A stretch of DNA of 64,000 bases from Azolla caroliniana (lineage: Eukaryota > Plantae > Polypodiophyta): contig JBHGNT010000013.1 of assembly GCA_043228905.1 (NCBI GenBank), positions 19,840,001 through 19,904,000 of the forward strand. The letters are read 5' to 3'. Both the position numbers and the translations under genes were made by a program. This document shows, piece by piece, positions 32,165 through 46,460 of the stretch. The notes below the pieces were generated by a model. It saw only the letters and a program-made list of their open reading frames with translations. It was not told where the DNA came from and did no database searches. How positions within the stretch are numbered: the first letter of the stretch is position 1; each line of letters opens with the position of its first letter.

Positions 32165-33209
32165 ATGAGCTACTATCAAGATCCTTCCAAACCTCCTGTT
32201 ATGCCTCCTCCTGCTCAAGGTAATCCATTTCAATTCAAAACATTTTCGTCCTGTCTATATATTCGTTTTTTCTTTCTTTCTGTGCTTCTATGCTTCATAT
32301 GCGCAGAAACAGAGACATAGATCGAGAGAGAATGAGAGGTCATGTAATAACATAAGGGATCTGAGATGTACATCTTTTCCCTGTTTTGAACATTGCCCTT
32401 CGGTTTGTTACCTTCTATATTTGGGAGAAAAAATCCATTCACGAGCCAGAGAAAACATGTAACACACACACAACGCTCGCATACACATACTCACGCATAA
32501 GGCGTAAAAATAGCATTTGTATTCACGGTCTCAAATTGAGATAACTTTCAAAAAAAATTTGTTTTCACATGTTTTCTGTATAAATGTATGTGAATCAAAT
32601 ACTGTTTTCACATGTTTTCTGTATAAATGTATGTGAATCAAATACTGTTTTGCGGAGTTTGCATTCCTTCTTCTTCTTTTTTTCCTCCTGTTTGTTTTTC
32701 CGTCATGTGATGTTATGGTAAAAAAGCTTAAGTTCTGTTGTTGCAATGATGATGACAATTATAAAGGCTCGTATTGTTTTTTTGTTTTGTTTATGTGTAG
32801 GGTATCCTCCTCAAGGATATCCTCCACAAGGCTATCCTCCACAAGGTTATCCTCCGCAAGGCTATCCGCCGCAAGGCTATGAACAACAAGGATATGCCCC
32901 TTATCCTCCACAACAACAAGGTTATCCTCCTCCTCCTCAACAACAACAACAACAACAGAATAATGGACCAAGTTTCATGGAAGGATGGTAATTTCCTTCA
33001 TAAACTGTCTGGTGGAAACCCCTCCTCTCCCTTCCCTCTTTTTAAGACTTTTACTTTCAGCTGGTTTCTCATGTTACATCTCATAATGTTTTTTTCTTTT
33101 TTTTTGTTGGTGTTTTGTTGATTTTACCTCTTACAAAGTGTGATGTGGATTTTTTTTCCCCAGCCTTGCAGCATTATGTTGCTGCTGTTTGCTGGATGCT
33201 TGCTTTTGA
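32165..33209 (+). CDS. CYSTM-family (cysteine-rich transmembrane module, WIH1-like) protein, 95 aa, 3 exons
   Basis: Exons 32165-32219, 32801-32987 and 33164-33209 in phase with GT-AG junctions; (GYPPQ)n repeats and the C-terminal FMEGCLAALCCCCLLDACF. Confidence 0.93.
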
Positions 33210-36200
33210 GTTCGCTCTGGAGTAAAATACTGGGGTTACCCGTAATCGCCAGATCCGGCAATGATGATTATCACCAGCACCAGCACCACCATCATGACTT
33301 GATTTTGATATCTAATTGGAAACATTGAAGTATAATGTTACAGGGGAGAATGGGGTCTTTAAATAAACTCCAAATCAATTATATGAATGCTAACTCCTCA
33401 AATTTATATATAACATATGTTGTTTATAGGGATTTCTTGTTTTAGTACTCATGTGCTTCCTCAATATAATAGAAATATAAATATTCATTTGTTGTTTAAG
33501 TTAGTTGCAAGAAGCTTTTAATTGAATCAAAGAAGGTATCCTCAATCTTCATCTTGATTATAAATTTAGTGATAGCAGGGAACCCATGAGATATGGTATA
33601 CAATCTTTAAAACAAAATTAAGGGACATGTGCCATTGTGTTTCCAGAGGTAGGAGAAAATTGTTGAATTCCCAATGTTAGCATGGGATTTCTTTTCTGAA
33701 ATGGGAAGGTAAGCAAGTGGTACTTATACAATGTAAACATGAAACTTGTTTCCCAGTGAAGCTCTGATATGTGCTTCCTTTGTTCTATGTGAAACTACTC
33801 CCAGAAAAGAGTTAAGAACTGATTAGCATTTGTTTTCTATCTGAAGGTTCTTCTACAAAATGTCTAATTTCCTTACTGCTGGTTTATTTTTGCTGTGTGT
33901 TATGCGTTCTGATCCTCGAGTCAGTTTCATCTTGTAAGAGCTATTTTGCCTCGGGATTTAGGGTCATAGTTAGCTTAATATTAATAGTGGTCACAGATTT
34001 GCCCTTGCTGATATGACTGCATAATTTTGGATAATCTTGACAAATAAGGTGATACCAAAATACACGGTATTCACTAAGGTAATTGTTTTTAGTTAGTAGA
34101 AATATCTTGCTTGCAGTGCTATTAAAGATTTGAGGCATGGATGTTTGTCAATAGCTTCATTATATTCTTGTATTTGCATCAAGATCCACCCATAAGATAA
34201 AAGAATCATTCTAGTAGAGCATTTTTAATAGTTTTTACACCTTACCTTAGTATATTATAGTAAGGGAACAGAAAGGATCATTAACATTCTCTTCATCTAG
34301 ATAAAATCAAATGAAGTGTACATCTCCTGATTATTACTATTCTGAAGCATTCTAATCAGGGATAAAAACCATAATGAAAGGCAAATGTGATATAGGGAGA
34401 TTAATTGCTAATATAAGGTTTTATTGGTGAGAATGCTTAGTGCAAGTTGTAGTAGTGATGCATGGAAGCAATTGATTGAGTGTATGGAGATTATTATGAG
34501 ATTGCCAAGAATTTGAAGTAGAGAAGAATATGGGAGCAACTCAGCTAATAGCTCGAACAAACAATTAGAAGTACAATCTCATCATATGTTAGACATTTTT
34601 TATATAAAGGTCACCTTATTAAAATTCTGTGTGTAGTAATTTTGCACATGCTTTGCAACATTAAGATCGTGTCTTCAAGCCTTGAGCAATGGAAACTTAA
34701 CATTCCTCTATGTGACATTAATACCGTCTTCTCTCTTGGTTTCTACTTGGTCATCATGATCTAGACTATTGTTATTAATTAACCTCCTTAATAACTTGTT
34801 GACATTGAGTTCATTTCTCAACTTTGTAATTGCTATATTTTTGGTTAGGCATTTTCATAAAGTTTGTACATATGTTAGTCTAGAAGGTTTCAATGTGATC
34901 AATGTTTTACTTAGGCTTATTATAATCACATCTACAACTGAGTGCTAATCACATTACAACATCTAGATAAATAACTTACTTGATGGGAGATAAGTTTAGA
35001 TAAATCGAGTGCTAATCACTTATAGAACATTTAAACTTGCGATTCCACCAATGTTTTATCATTTAGAGTATGATTTGGATTATCTTAACACACCAAGACC
35101 TCTAAATTTGTAGTTGTAGCTTTTTAGATAGAAAGTTATTGTCTTTCATCTAAAAAGTGACTCACTACATGCTATTGGTTCACTTTGGAATATCTCAAAT
35201 CAGAGGTAGAAAATTGACTCCAAATTGTTTCCTACAATAAGTCATGGTGCCATTGGTTTGGTTGAGACCAACCACTAGTTGTCTCTCGCTCTAACAAGCA
35301 TAAACCGAATTGATAAAGCCAAGATTGAATGAAGTGTCATAATTGAGTTTGCCCACAACATAGTTTGTGAAGCGTAAAATTTAAGGGATCATTACTTTTA
35401 TGGAGTCTCAAATTATGTACATGGTGGTGATTAATAGTGATGATGGTTATCATCTATAAATGTTGTTTGCATTGTTTGTTGAATACTTTTTAAAGGGCAA
35501 CACTATCATTTTACGCAATGTGTTGCTGAATCAATATCTCTTCTTGAATTAATACTGTAAGGAAACCATGCTATTCACATGTAGATGTTGTACACCACCA
35601 TAATTTAGCCATATAAAGGTTCCTTGCTAGAACTACATTTGATTCCATGGTACAACTTTAAGGAATTTGTAAAATTTTCCTAGTAAATTTGGACTACTTG
35701 CATACCCAGGTTTATTTAATCAAAAGTAGGATATGATTGATGCATATTCTATGTTGCAACTTGTACACTTGCTCTTGATGCATTTGTGGGAGATTGTGCA
35801 TATGGAAATTGCTCCACCTTGTCCAAATAATGAGGCAAATTATTATGTCGATACATTATGGGAGGAGTGGTGTACCTTGTGCTTAATTACATAACATTTT
35901 ATGATAGTGATCCTCAAAGTTGTGTTTTCAAAAGTGCAAAAATAGTTCTTAGTGGGGTACTAATAGCATCCTCTTACCCTTGGTCCTTGTTCATATGGGC
36001 GAAGTGTCAATGGTATAGTTAAAACTAAATGTGCGCCTATTCATATAATATTTTTTTCAAACTCTTAAGAGGAGTTTAGGCTTCTATTTATTTGAGAGAT
36101 AGACAAACTATAAAACCAAAGCTAGTGTAATTGATCATATGGTGCCTAAGTGTGTCTAAATCAATAGGGTTTCAATTTCTAAATAAACTTTGGAGATGGG

Positions 36201-38072
36201 CAACATGCTATGGAATGGGAAGAAAAGAGGTGTGCAATAGTAATTGGCGACACAATGTAAAAAAAATGTACTGGGATTGGGATCCTGTCGCATTGCTAAT
36301 CTTCAATTGGACGTACAAAATTCCTCATGAGAAAAAGAAACATATCTAAGCTTGACTGTGTTCTAACTGTATGTAACCCCTTGCCTCCATTCAACATATA
36401 TGCATTTGTATGTAACCTTAACAAAGCACCTTGGACTTTAGTACTATAAGACTTGGATGCTACTTGCCACATATTCTCAACAATTTATGAAGGCTTCCAA
36501 GTTCCAAAATGATTTGTTCAATTCTTCAATGATTGAAGAAAAAATTAACATTCATATTTGGAACGAATATAAGGCCACTATCACGATTCACTATGTTGCT
36601 AGTGGTTGACGTTTTCACATAAGTAAAAAACACTATAGCATGTACATTCATGTGCTATTTATTTTAAACATATACTTTACATAATCACGTACAAATGGAT
36701 ACAACCCAATAACCTATGGTGAAGTCTGACTTATTTACCTCAACAACACAATTCTAATTGTAGTGATTCCTCATATACCTTTGTTCAAATAATCACATGA
36801 TGAATATGGTAGTCATAAGATCAAACTCACTATAATGGCACACTATTATCATCCTTGTAATTCAATTTGTGGCAAAGCTAGCTTTTGAGCTATATTTTGA
36901 TATTTAATATGAATGAGGGGTATTGTCAAATATTACCATTTGTACAAGGAGAATAATTTATTATACTTCCCCTTTCCAAAACTAATGCATATTAGTTTTA
37001 CCATTGTTTGTTAATCCTAGAGTTGTGCGTTGTTGAAGTATGTGGGTGTTTTTCATTAGATTTCATCGTAACATAGCTTTTATGATAGGTCACAAAATAA
37101 ACATCTAGGTAGTTTAAATAATAAAGAATTTATGCAAGCAATGTTGAAGCCATTTAAAGAACCTGTTATTTGTTGATATGAATGTTTGCGTCTCTAGTGG
37201 GGTTTGTATATAACATTCTCATCTATAAAATTTTATGACTAATGGAAGGAGTGTTTTTTTGGAAAAAAAAAGAAAAAAAAGAAAAAAAAAAGAACTTGTT
37301 ATTTGTTGATATCAATGTACACTTTTCTAATTCAATCAATGCAATGTGAAATGACCTTTAAAGTGTATACTTTTCTATTTAGATGTGCCAAGTAAATGGA
37401 TTTTCTGAGCTGAAGTCACATGTTATGCTTAAAATGTATTACTAATCCTCAAGGAATACATGCACGAATGCAGGCTCACACGCACACGGGTGCACAAATG
37501 CATGAGCACGTGCGCACACACACACAAAATTTTACCAACAAAATATGTACATAAGATAAGTATGTACTCTTTTGTGAGTGATCAAAAATATTTACAACTT
37601 TTAAAATAGATGTTTGACTTCAAAACTTCGAAGAATAGAACCAAACGCCTTATTTGGAAGAATAACAAGGGTTAGCCTACTTGTTGAAATACATAGTCCT
37701 AGATGATTTGGTTGATAACTCATCAAGAGTGCACAATCTAGCCACATGCAAAATCCAACCCGAAACATATTCACTGGACTGGCGAGTCATATTATTTATA
37801 TAAGTTCTATCATCTAACACACGAAGAATATGATTGCGTCCAAAGTTCATGTAAAACATGATAAGTTCAATGTAGACATTATCTTGGGCATTAAAAATCC
37901 ATGTTGGGAATCTTGAAGAAGGATGTGATCCTTTCATATATAGTAACATTGTGAATGGGTATGATCATTATGATGTGAGGGTTTATGCTGAAAAAGTATA
38001 TGTAACGGAATGAAAACCAATTAATATAAGGTTATCATTATGTTCATATGGTAGATTACACAAGGATCTTTG

Positions 38073-38888
38073 TCAAGGCATGTAAAGCTTATTTTTGCAT
38101 TTGCATCTCCATGCTTCTGGGTAATACTCCATGAGACCAACTTTCACTTGTCCTGGTCGAATGGGAACACGAACAGGTTGGCAAGGGGTGCACTTAGCAC
38201 ATTTTCCAATGCATTTTGGAGGGGCTGATCCAATTAATGCCCTTCCATCTGAACTAATTGCAACATGGTGAATCTGTTTTGAATGCCAATTATCCATATT
38301 CTCCGAGCCTTGATCAAAGTTCTACAAATGAAAGCTGAATGTGTGAATGAGATATTGACATTAGTGATAGTGTTGTTAAAACAGTGGTGGACCATATCCT
38401 TGAAATTATGTGAAAATGATGAATTAAAATAAACCAACATGTGCCAAAATGTATAAATATTTATGTATGGCAATATTTATGTATGCCAAAATGCATGGAA
38501 ATATTTCATAATTGACAAATAGATGAACAGTTCCATCGAAAAGGAGATAGAAAACCCCCAATACTACGACAAATCTATCAATAAGGTTCTCATGATCGAG
38601 TTTAAGTTGACGGTGGTATGCATGCGCATTTGGTTCAAATACGATAAATATTATTATATTAGATTATCATACAAAGGGGGCCAAAATTGACTGATGGGAA
38701 TGAATAAAGATATCATCTTGTAATAAACTCTTAGTTAGGAAAAGCTAGAGAGAGAGAGAGAGAGAGAGAGAGAATGTGTGTGTGTGTGAACGTCCCTCTC
38801 CCTACATAGGCATATGATAGGTAGAGGAGACTACGAAGTGTTGTAACTAAGTGGATTTTACATACAATTAATATAATTGTGTGCTTTT

Positions 38889-38955
<67 letters not shown>

Positions 38956-41545
38956 TACTTATCAAATGTTTGACAAGTTTTAACCTGTTGTTAATTGAGA
39001 CCTCAACAATGGGGTTTTCCACAATATCTTCAAAATGGTCCAAATGACGAGATGGAGATATTGTTCCAATTTTTACAATATTAGGAACTACAACACAATT
39101 GGAATATGTGTAATGCTTTTGTGTTTAATGGTAGACATGTGGTGAAAGCCTATATGAATAAGTTGAAAGGTATTCTCATGTGAAATTTCTGGATGTTAAA
39201 GCATGTGGGGGTCATTTCCTCAAATGCATATTTAGGTTTTCTGGTGGTGTTACATGACATCCTGCTCCCTACATAGGATAGGATAGATAGGTAGAGGAGA
39301 CTAAGAAGTGGATTTTACATAAAATTAATATAATTGTGTGCTTTTACAAGAGAGAGAGAGAGGGAACAATCCCTTTAAATATTTAAAGGTTTGTTTGACA
39401 CAAAGTGGATATTCAAAAATAGTGCCAAGAAAAACAAAGCCTAGACATAAATCTTTCCAAAGGATTGCGAAGAGAAGAGTGTGAAACAATGATGGAAACT
39501 ATAAAATACTTACATATAGATGGGGGTGAAGTTGGACGGATCTTGTTTAGATCTAAAATTTGGTATTGAGAGAAAAACCTTGAATTATTGTTAGTCTAAA
39601 TCTAGACGTCGAGATCAATATTGATGAATTAAGAGGGCGGATCTTTAGGGTATGACAAAAAGAAACAAAGGAGAAGTCATATTCACGTCATGCCTTGAAA
39701 GAAAAGTTGATACCTTTTATCTTGATATAGACTATAGTCCACTCGAGGTAACTACACTTAGGCACATGAATTCGAACATAAATGAAAAACCAAGCTAAGA
39801 TTGTAAACAATATAGTTATAGTTTTGGTGGAGATATTAATGAAGTAGGACCCAAATATGGAAACTAAGATGCCCATGTAGGCCTCTAGTGTTGAACTACT
39901 CTGGCGTAAGTTCTATGTGTCACATGAGCTTGATCAAGATATCAATGGTCTCAAATCGAAGATGACCAAGAGACTTGGAATGTTGCCAATGATGAGTTAT
40001 GAGCTACTCAGACAAAGGTGTTCGATGTCGATCGGCGACTCCTTATGAAAAATGAATCACATCATGTGCAATATTAAACATTTGAAACACAAATGTGTAG
40101 CATGACAAGAACACATGTGCCATGTGCCAATGTGTGGCCGGGAAACATTCAACTAGAACGTACCTGGCGACGACGGACTCGAGTGCGAGAAGAAGAAGAA
40201 GAAGACGGTGACAACATATCGAGCATCATCATCATCTCATGATCATCATCATCACCATGATGCTCTGAAATTCAACACAAGCTCTCATTATAATTGTGTA
40301 GTAACTATCATCTATTCAGTCTTAAACCTAGTAAAATTAGGGTAGTAACTTGTTGAGTTTTTTACATGGCATGGCATACTCTACTTTTTAAGATTATAAT
40401 AGAGATCCCAAGTCTATTGATCCATAAACAATCATGTGATTCTATTCTACTTAGTATTAATCAATGTGTGTATGTGTGTGTGTGTGTGATTTGTTAAAAG
40501 CCCATGTGCTATATATAATATAGTGAAGGGTTTAAGGGGGTAATTAAGAGAGACTCTCAGGAACAAGATTAATGAAGGGGTTTTAGAGATATTAGGGTAA
40601 GTGATGAATTAAGGGCCGTGCCTCTGTAAGTCCGACGATTCCGATTTCTGAAGTATGAGATGAATAGTTTCTGTTCTCGAGATCGTTCTTATTTCGAGTT
40701 CCTGCAATTAAAATGTATCTCCGAGTCCTCGCACAAAATATTATGTATAGTTTTAAGCTCCTCTGTAAGGTTGCTAACTTTGGATCTATGACTTAAAAAT
40801 GTTTACTTATGAATAGATACATTTGATCGGATTTTGAGAGTCCTAATAACATGAAAATGACGTGACCTCAAACAAACAAATTTATTCACAATAATGAGTC
40901 TCTCTCTGTCCATTAATTCATGCTGTACTTGTGCTGGTTCAAAACTTAGCTTTCCCCTAATCTTTCAAACTAGATGCTTAATTGTCTATTAATGATTCTA
41001 ATCTACAAAACGGGATAATATATATGGTAAATAGAGACAATGATTCGAAACTTCTAAATTTCTTTTTTTGGGGGGTGGGGGTGGGGGGTGTAATGAGCTA
41101 AATTAGTGGAGCTTAGTAGGTCGATTAAGCTAATATATAATTAATCCTCAATTATTTTGTAAGTTGACCACTTTGATGCTCTAATTATCTTAATTAAGTC
41201 ATTAACCTTTGAAATTCCTTGTGATATAATTCAAGTTTGACCAAGAATCCATTGGTAATGTCTTAGAACTAACTCCCAAGTACACTTTATAATTTTCTTA
41301 TTACTATAAACACACTATGGTTATAATAAAATTTCCATTCCACAACATCAATAAAAAGATTTCAGTGCACATATAAGAACTAAGAACTATTAATCTTAGT
41401 GGCCTGAGAGGAATAGCAAGAGGGAATTTTTACCTCGATTTGACCCTAATAATGTATTCGAGGTTGTGCAGTAAACGAGAAGACGGGGGCACGAGATTAT
41501 AATTAAAGTAAGGGCAGAAGTTAGGGATGAAATTATAGGCTTCAT
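38073..41545 (-). CDS. EPF/EPFL-family secreted Cys-rich peptide (EPFL4/5/6-like), ~153 aa, 3 exons
   Basis: The last exon 38073-38321 encodes LIGSAPPKCIGKCAKCTPCQPVRVPI...EYYPEAWRCKCKNKLYMP. In-phase upstream exons are 40164-40264 and 41434-41545 (hydrophobic signal-like MKPIISSLTSALTLIIISC); these are less certain. Confidence 0.85.
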
Positions 41546-41808
41546 TTTTTGGGTAGTTATAAGTGATGAGGATGTTCACCCCCAACAATCTTGAGTGAAG
41601 ATGGGGAAGGGCATACTATAAGCTTTTCTTTTGGTGTTTTTGTTTTATTTTCCAATGAGTCATGACACAAATAAGTTTTTGTCTATTAAGTGGAGACATT
41701 GTAAGTAGTTACATCCATGATGCATATATATGACCTCGATAAACACATACACACACATGTTGTAGCAGAGTGGTTAGGAATATTGGAACAGGGGAATTAC
41801 GAGTGCTT

Positions 41809-41840
<32 letters not shown>

Positions 41841-42013
41841 GTGGTTCTACTACTAGGGGGGCCATGGAGCTATATGGTCTAGGTAGGTAGCTAGAGATGT
41901 GTACATGTGTGTCTTGTGTGTGAGAGAGATTGTTGAAATGCTAGAAAGAGAGATGCTTGTTTGATATATATAATAATGCGTTTATACGCGAGAGCGATGA
42001 TTGTTGAAGTGCT

Positions 42014-42047
<34 letters not shown>

Positions 42048-44208
42048 TAGGTAGCTCGCGAGCGGAACTGTTTAGAGGGGTACACTGGTATCATTGATAG
42101 TTGGATAGGTAAAGAGCTCTATCCTCGAGGTCGATAATATATTTTCGTAAACCTTACCCGATTATGCTCATATATGTGTGACAAATTCGAAGTGTAGGCT
42201 CACTTCTTTTTCCCAACACACCTTTACATGCTCAATCGAAGTTAGGCACCGAATCCCATGAAAAAGAGTACCCTTTGTGTTTTTCAATAGTAGAAGAGTA
42301 CGCCTACATTAAAAAAAAATTCCCTTGACTTTTTTTAATACATTGTTTGCATTTAATTAAAGTTCGTCACGGTTTGATTAATTAAAAGAAGATATGTACA
42401 TGAATGATGTATATGACCAACAAGATTAATCACTCCATTACATAAAAAAAATGTAGGGTTATCATGGTCATATTGAAAAACATAGGGACATTCTGATATG
42501 TCCTTGGAAAGTTAAGGAAAGAGATTTCTCGACATGTCATAATACCATATCTCGATGTAGTCAAGCAAAGAGATTTCCCTTTTTTTCATTTTCATTTTCA
42601 TTTACCACATCATAGAGGCAAAGTTTTATCTTGTACGCATCACGCCATCATATATATATTCATAAATGAAGGCAGATGAGAAGATGAAGAGACATTTTGT
42701 TGCTTCCTTTATGTATGAATTATTTTCGACAATATGTTTGGACCCACGTGTGTCTACAATCATCAAGTAGTAGTATAGAAGGCATTGGATTATAAGTGCC
42801 ATACTTTTCATCTAATGTGTCGTCTCAACTACACCACTCATCGATCGGTCTCATTCTAAAAGTAAAGTAGGAAAAATAAAAGTATTACCTAGCAATCTCT
42901 ACTTTTATGAAGTTTTAAACAAAAGAAGTACACCCTTTAGAAAACACTACTGCTAATCATCCCCAACTAGTAGTGCATCCCACCCATGCTTTGACACGTT
43001 CATATCTTCGGATTGCACTTTAATTGTGTCATCTCTTCTCCTTTCAACTGATTTTGAATTTACCTTGATGACACTTTCACTACTTCTAATACATTTCAGG
43101 CAACCACTTGATAAAGTCTAATTTAATTTTATCACTGTATCTTATGTCACCAGATTTACATTAAATATAGTAAAGATATAAATGATCATTAAAATATATC
43201 TACAAAATCATGCACTATCACCTACTAACAAATTTCTTATTTAAACTTATGAATAATTCTTGCTCTCTCTCTAATATTACATTATATATATATATTAAAA
43301 ACAACATGGCAATACAAGAAACTCTTGTTGATCCAACAATAGCTAGGATCTTATGGAAAGGTAAACCCTCTACATGATAGTAAGCCTAGTTGACGTAAAG
43401 GCAATTCCTTTGAGGACAAGATGCCTACAAAGGTCAATGACAAGAACTGCTAAATAATTTTCCTTTCAACTGATGTATATGTTTTAGTACTCCATGAAGA
43501 CCATCAAATAATAACCTCTTTCTCACTCTATTTGTGCCATTGTTATAATTGGATTTGCTTAATATAGATTAGAATTAATTACAAGTAGTAAGCTAACCTC
43601 ATGATAAAATGGGATTTTCTTTATACATTATGATCAATATCATATTAGAAATAACATGATTTGCTCATAAAGTTGGAAAGGACACATGTCCTTTTATATC
43701 TTACCTTTAACTCCACCCTTTATATATTGTCATAACACATTCCAATAAGTAAATTGTTGGTAAATCTCTTCTTTGCACATGGATAGAAGACCATATTGTA
43801 TACAATTAGGTGTAGAATAGGGTGTCTAAATATATTGTAATTAGTTATAGAAATAAATCGGGTAAAATCGAGTGCTAGTCGTTTGGACAACATTTATGCA
43901 ATTATTTAGCTAAATGAAATAATAGCAACCTGCAAAAACATATATAAAAGTCATTAAAAATGAAATGAAGTAATACATAAATGAGAATATAAACTAAGAT
44001 CGACAATATTAGTTTGTATATTGGTTTTCACTTGTTTTAGTGGTTTAATCAATGTGTTGGCTCAAAGTGTCTCAACAAATGCATGTTTTTGTATAGATGG
44101 AGTTGTATGTCCACATAGATATCATTAGTCAAAGAATCCATACCATTGTATACCCTATTGATGGTGCATAAGAAGATAGCAAATTTAATCACTATCAATC
44201 CACTAATC

Positions 44209-44791
44209 TGTTAGGAAACATGTCCCTCTGGATGGGAAGAGGAGCATGAGTTGAAGAAAGGACTGAATCGGTTGACAGAAACTCGGCCGAGGTTGAAAAA
44301 TCAAACTGATTGTTCGATTCGGTCTAGATTTGGCCAATAGTCAAATCTATTGAAGCCGACTCGGGGGCTATATTTGTAAATAGAGTTAATGTGCCCTTGT
44401 GGGCTTTATTTGTAAATAGCCCTGAATGTTGCATTGCTATAAATACACCTAGGGCAATCGTTATGTAAGGGTGAATCATCATTGATGTATAGTTGGTTGT
44501 TGCCACTATAACTGAGAGAGAGAGAGAAAGAGAGAGAGAGTTGTAACTCTGCCGCCATCTGTTAGATGAACGAGAGCCCAAGGTTGTTGCCTTGAAGCTT
44601 CTCATTGTACTCCTCCTACCTTAGTCATTCTATTCAGAGTTTGTGGACTCTTGTGGTTTTTCCCTTTCTAGTTTTCCATGTTAAAATCTTGTGTCTCTGT
44701 TTTCTGTTCTTCTGTATACTGGCAATCTTTGTCCCTTGCACACGCATACGCACAAGAGTATTAACCAGTTGTGGCCGGTTGATTCTCTACA
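44209..44791 (+). mobile_element. Solo LTR
   Basis: TGTTAGG...CTACA flanked by TAATC/TAATT (5-bp TSD, 1 mismatch), internal CTATAAATA near 44437, (GA)n and a T-rich U5-like region. Confidence 0.65.
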
Positions 44792-45849
44792 TAATTTCTA
44801 GTGAATTAACCTTGTGAACTCTAACTCACCTCTCTCACAAAGATAACCTTAACACTACAACTAACTGGTGAGAGAGTTTTAACACTTTCTTTTATCTAAC
44901 AACCCATGAAGATTTTGGATCTCGTGAACTCTAATTCACCTCTCTAATAAAGATAACCTTAATAAAATGTGTTGGTACCAATTGCCTTAGAGGCTACCAA
45001 TAGTTTGTCTCCAAACTTCCACACCCTCCACTCCGATGTGCCCCATCTTCTTAGCCTTTCAAAGTTGTCATACCCTTGTCACAAATTTTGTGAAGGTACC
45101 AACATCAAGAAGCGCGTGACTATATTTCTCTCCATATTGCAATTTGCAAACCAAACATTTTTAAACCCAAAACCTCAATGTTGAAAACACCAAACTTTCA
45201 AAGCCGATGGATTTTAGGTTCTTCATGGACATCTGAGAATCTAGTAGTACAATTACCAAATGACCTTCAAAGACATGTTCAAATAGAAATGTTCCATTCA
45301 AGAGCCATATAACCTCTTTTACACAAGATGACTGATTCGTCTGAGCTCCATATCCTACTCTTTAAGTTGACAACCTTACAAGAGTTAATAATTCCAATCT
45401 AGAGTATAGCTCATTGGCTAAATGTATGGAAAAATATGGCCATATTGTTTTAATGTGAAATGGATCCTTAAGTGTTTCCAACTTGTATAAAAGGGTAAGA
45501 ACTCTCATGTAAAAAACGATCTTTGAGTGCCGCAACTTTGGGTTACCTTTTGATCTTCATTCTCTCCCCTTTGAACTCACTAAGAACCACTTCCCTCCAT
45601 GAAGATATTTCACAATAATGAATTGAGATATACATGTTTTTTACTTGATAATTAATTATTTGGTTGAGATCCCTCATATGTTTCTTATTTAGTAATTATC
45701 TCTTTAACTAAGACAACCAGTGTATTTATTGGTGTATGTCAATTTTAGTTTAACTTAAGAAGCCTTTGAGGTTTCCATAGTTACAATCAAATGGAGAGAT
45801 AAGTGTTTTTATGTGTTGAGTATAATGTGGTCATTACCATCAGTGATTG

Positions 45850-46460
45850 ATGTTCTCCAATCCTTGGTTAGCCCATCGAGAGGAAGGTGACCCCTCGAGA
45901 CTAGGTAATGACTCTTGGAAGTTCAACACTCCAAGGTATGAGTCGTGTTGGCCCCTTTGAGGAAACTCACATCAACCTATTGGGTCACTTCCTTGCAAAA
46001 CTACCAAAGGGAATCTAACTCGAAGGGCATTCTAAAGTTTGCAATAAGTGACACATAAGATGTTTCAAGGGGGTCTTTGGTGGCCCCACTTGTTTAAAGG
46101 TAGCTACTAGTATGTCAAATGTTAAGATGAGTGTCAACGGCACAAACACCAACTAAGAGCTGACCAGTGACCACAATCCATTGACACTATTGATTTCCTA
46201 GAAACTATTCAAAAAGTAGGGTCTTAACTTCATAAGGTCAATCCCTTTAGCCTCATCTAAAAAGAGGTGCCTCATCACGGCTCTGGACTATGACACAAAA
46301 TTAGCGAAACCCAAAACTTGCATCAAGAATGATGCTAGAACCAACAAACAATTCATTTATGAATGTGTAATTTCCAATTTGGGTGTCCACGTTAGCTATG
46401 TAGAGACTATAAATCTCATTTCATGAATGAAGTGGTATCTCAACTTTTTGGGGCGTTCCT
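45850..46460 (+). pseudogene. Highly decayed Ty3/gypsy integrase remnant
   Basis: Fragmentary PFEE..I, LITALDY.TK and I..FGCP-like codon runs without an open frame; boundaries approximate. Confidence 0.4.

Noticed and set aside
32561-32650. Tandem ~42-bp duplication in CYSTM intron 1
   Set aside because: Ordinary slippage duplication.
34900-35900. Possible ancient LINE RT relic
   Set aside because: Only faint codon-like traces; no motif can be supported by eye.
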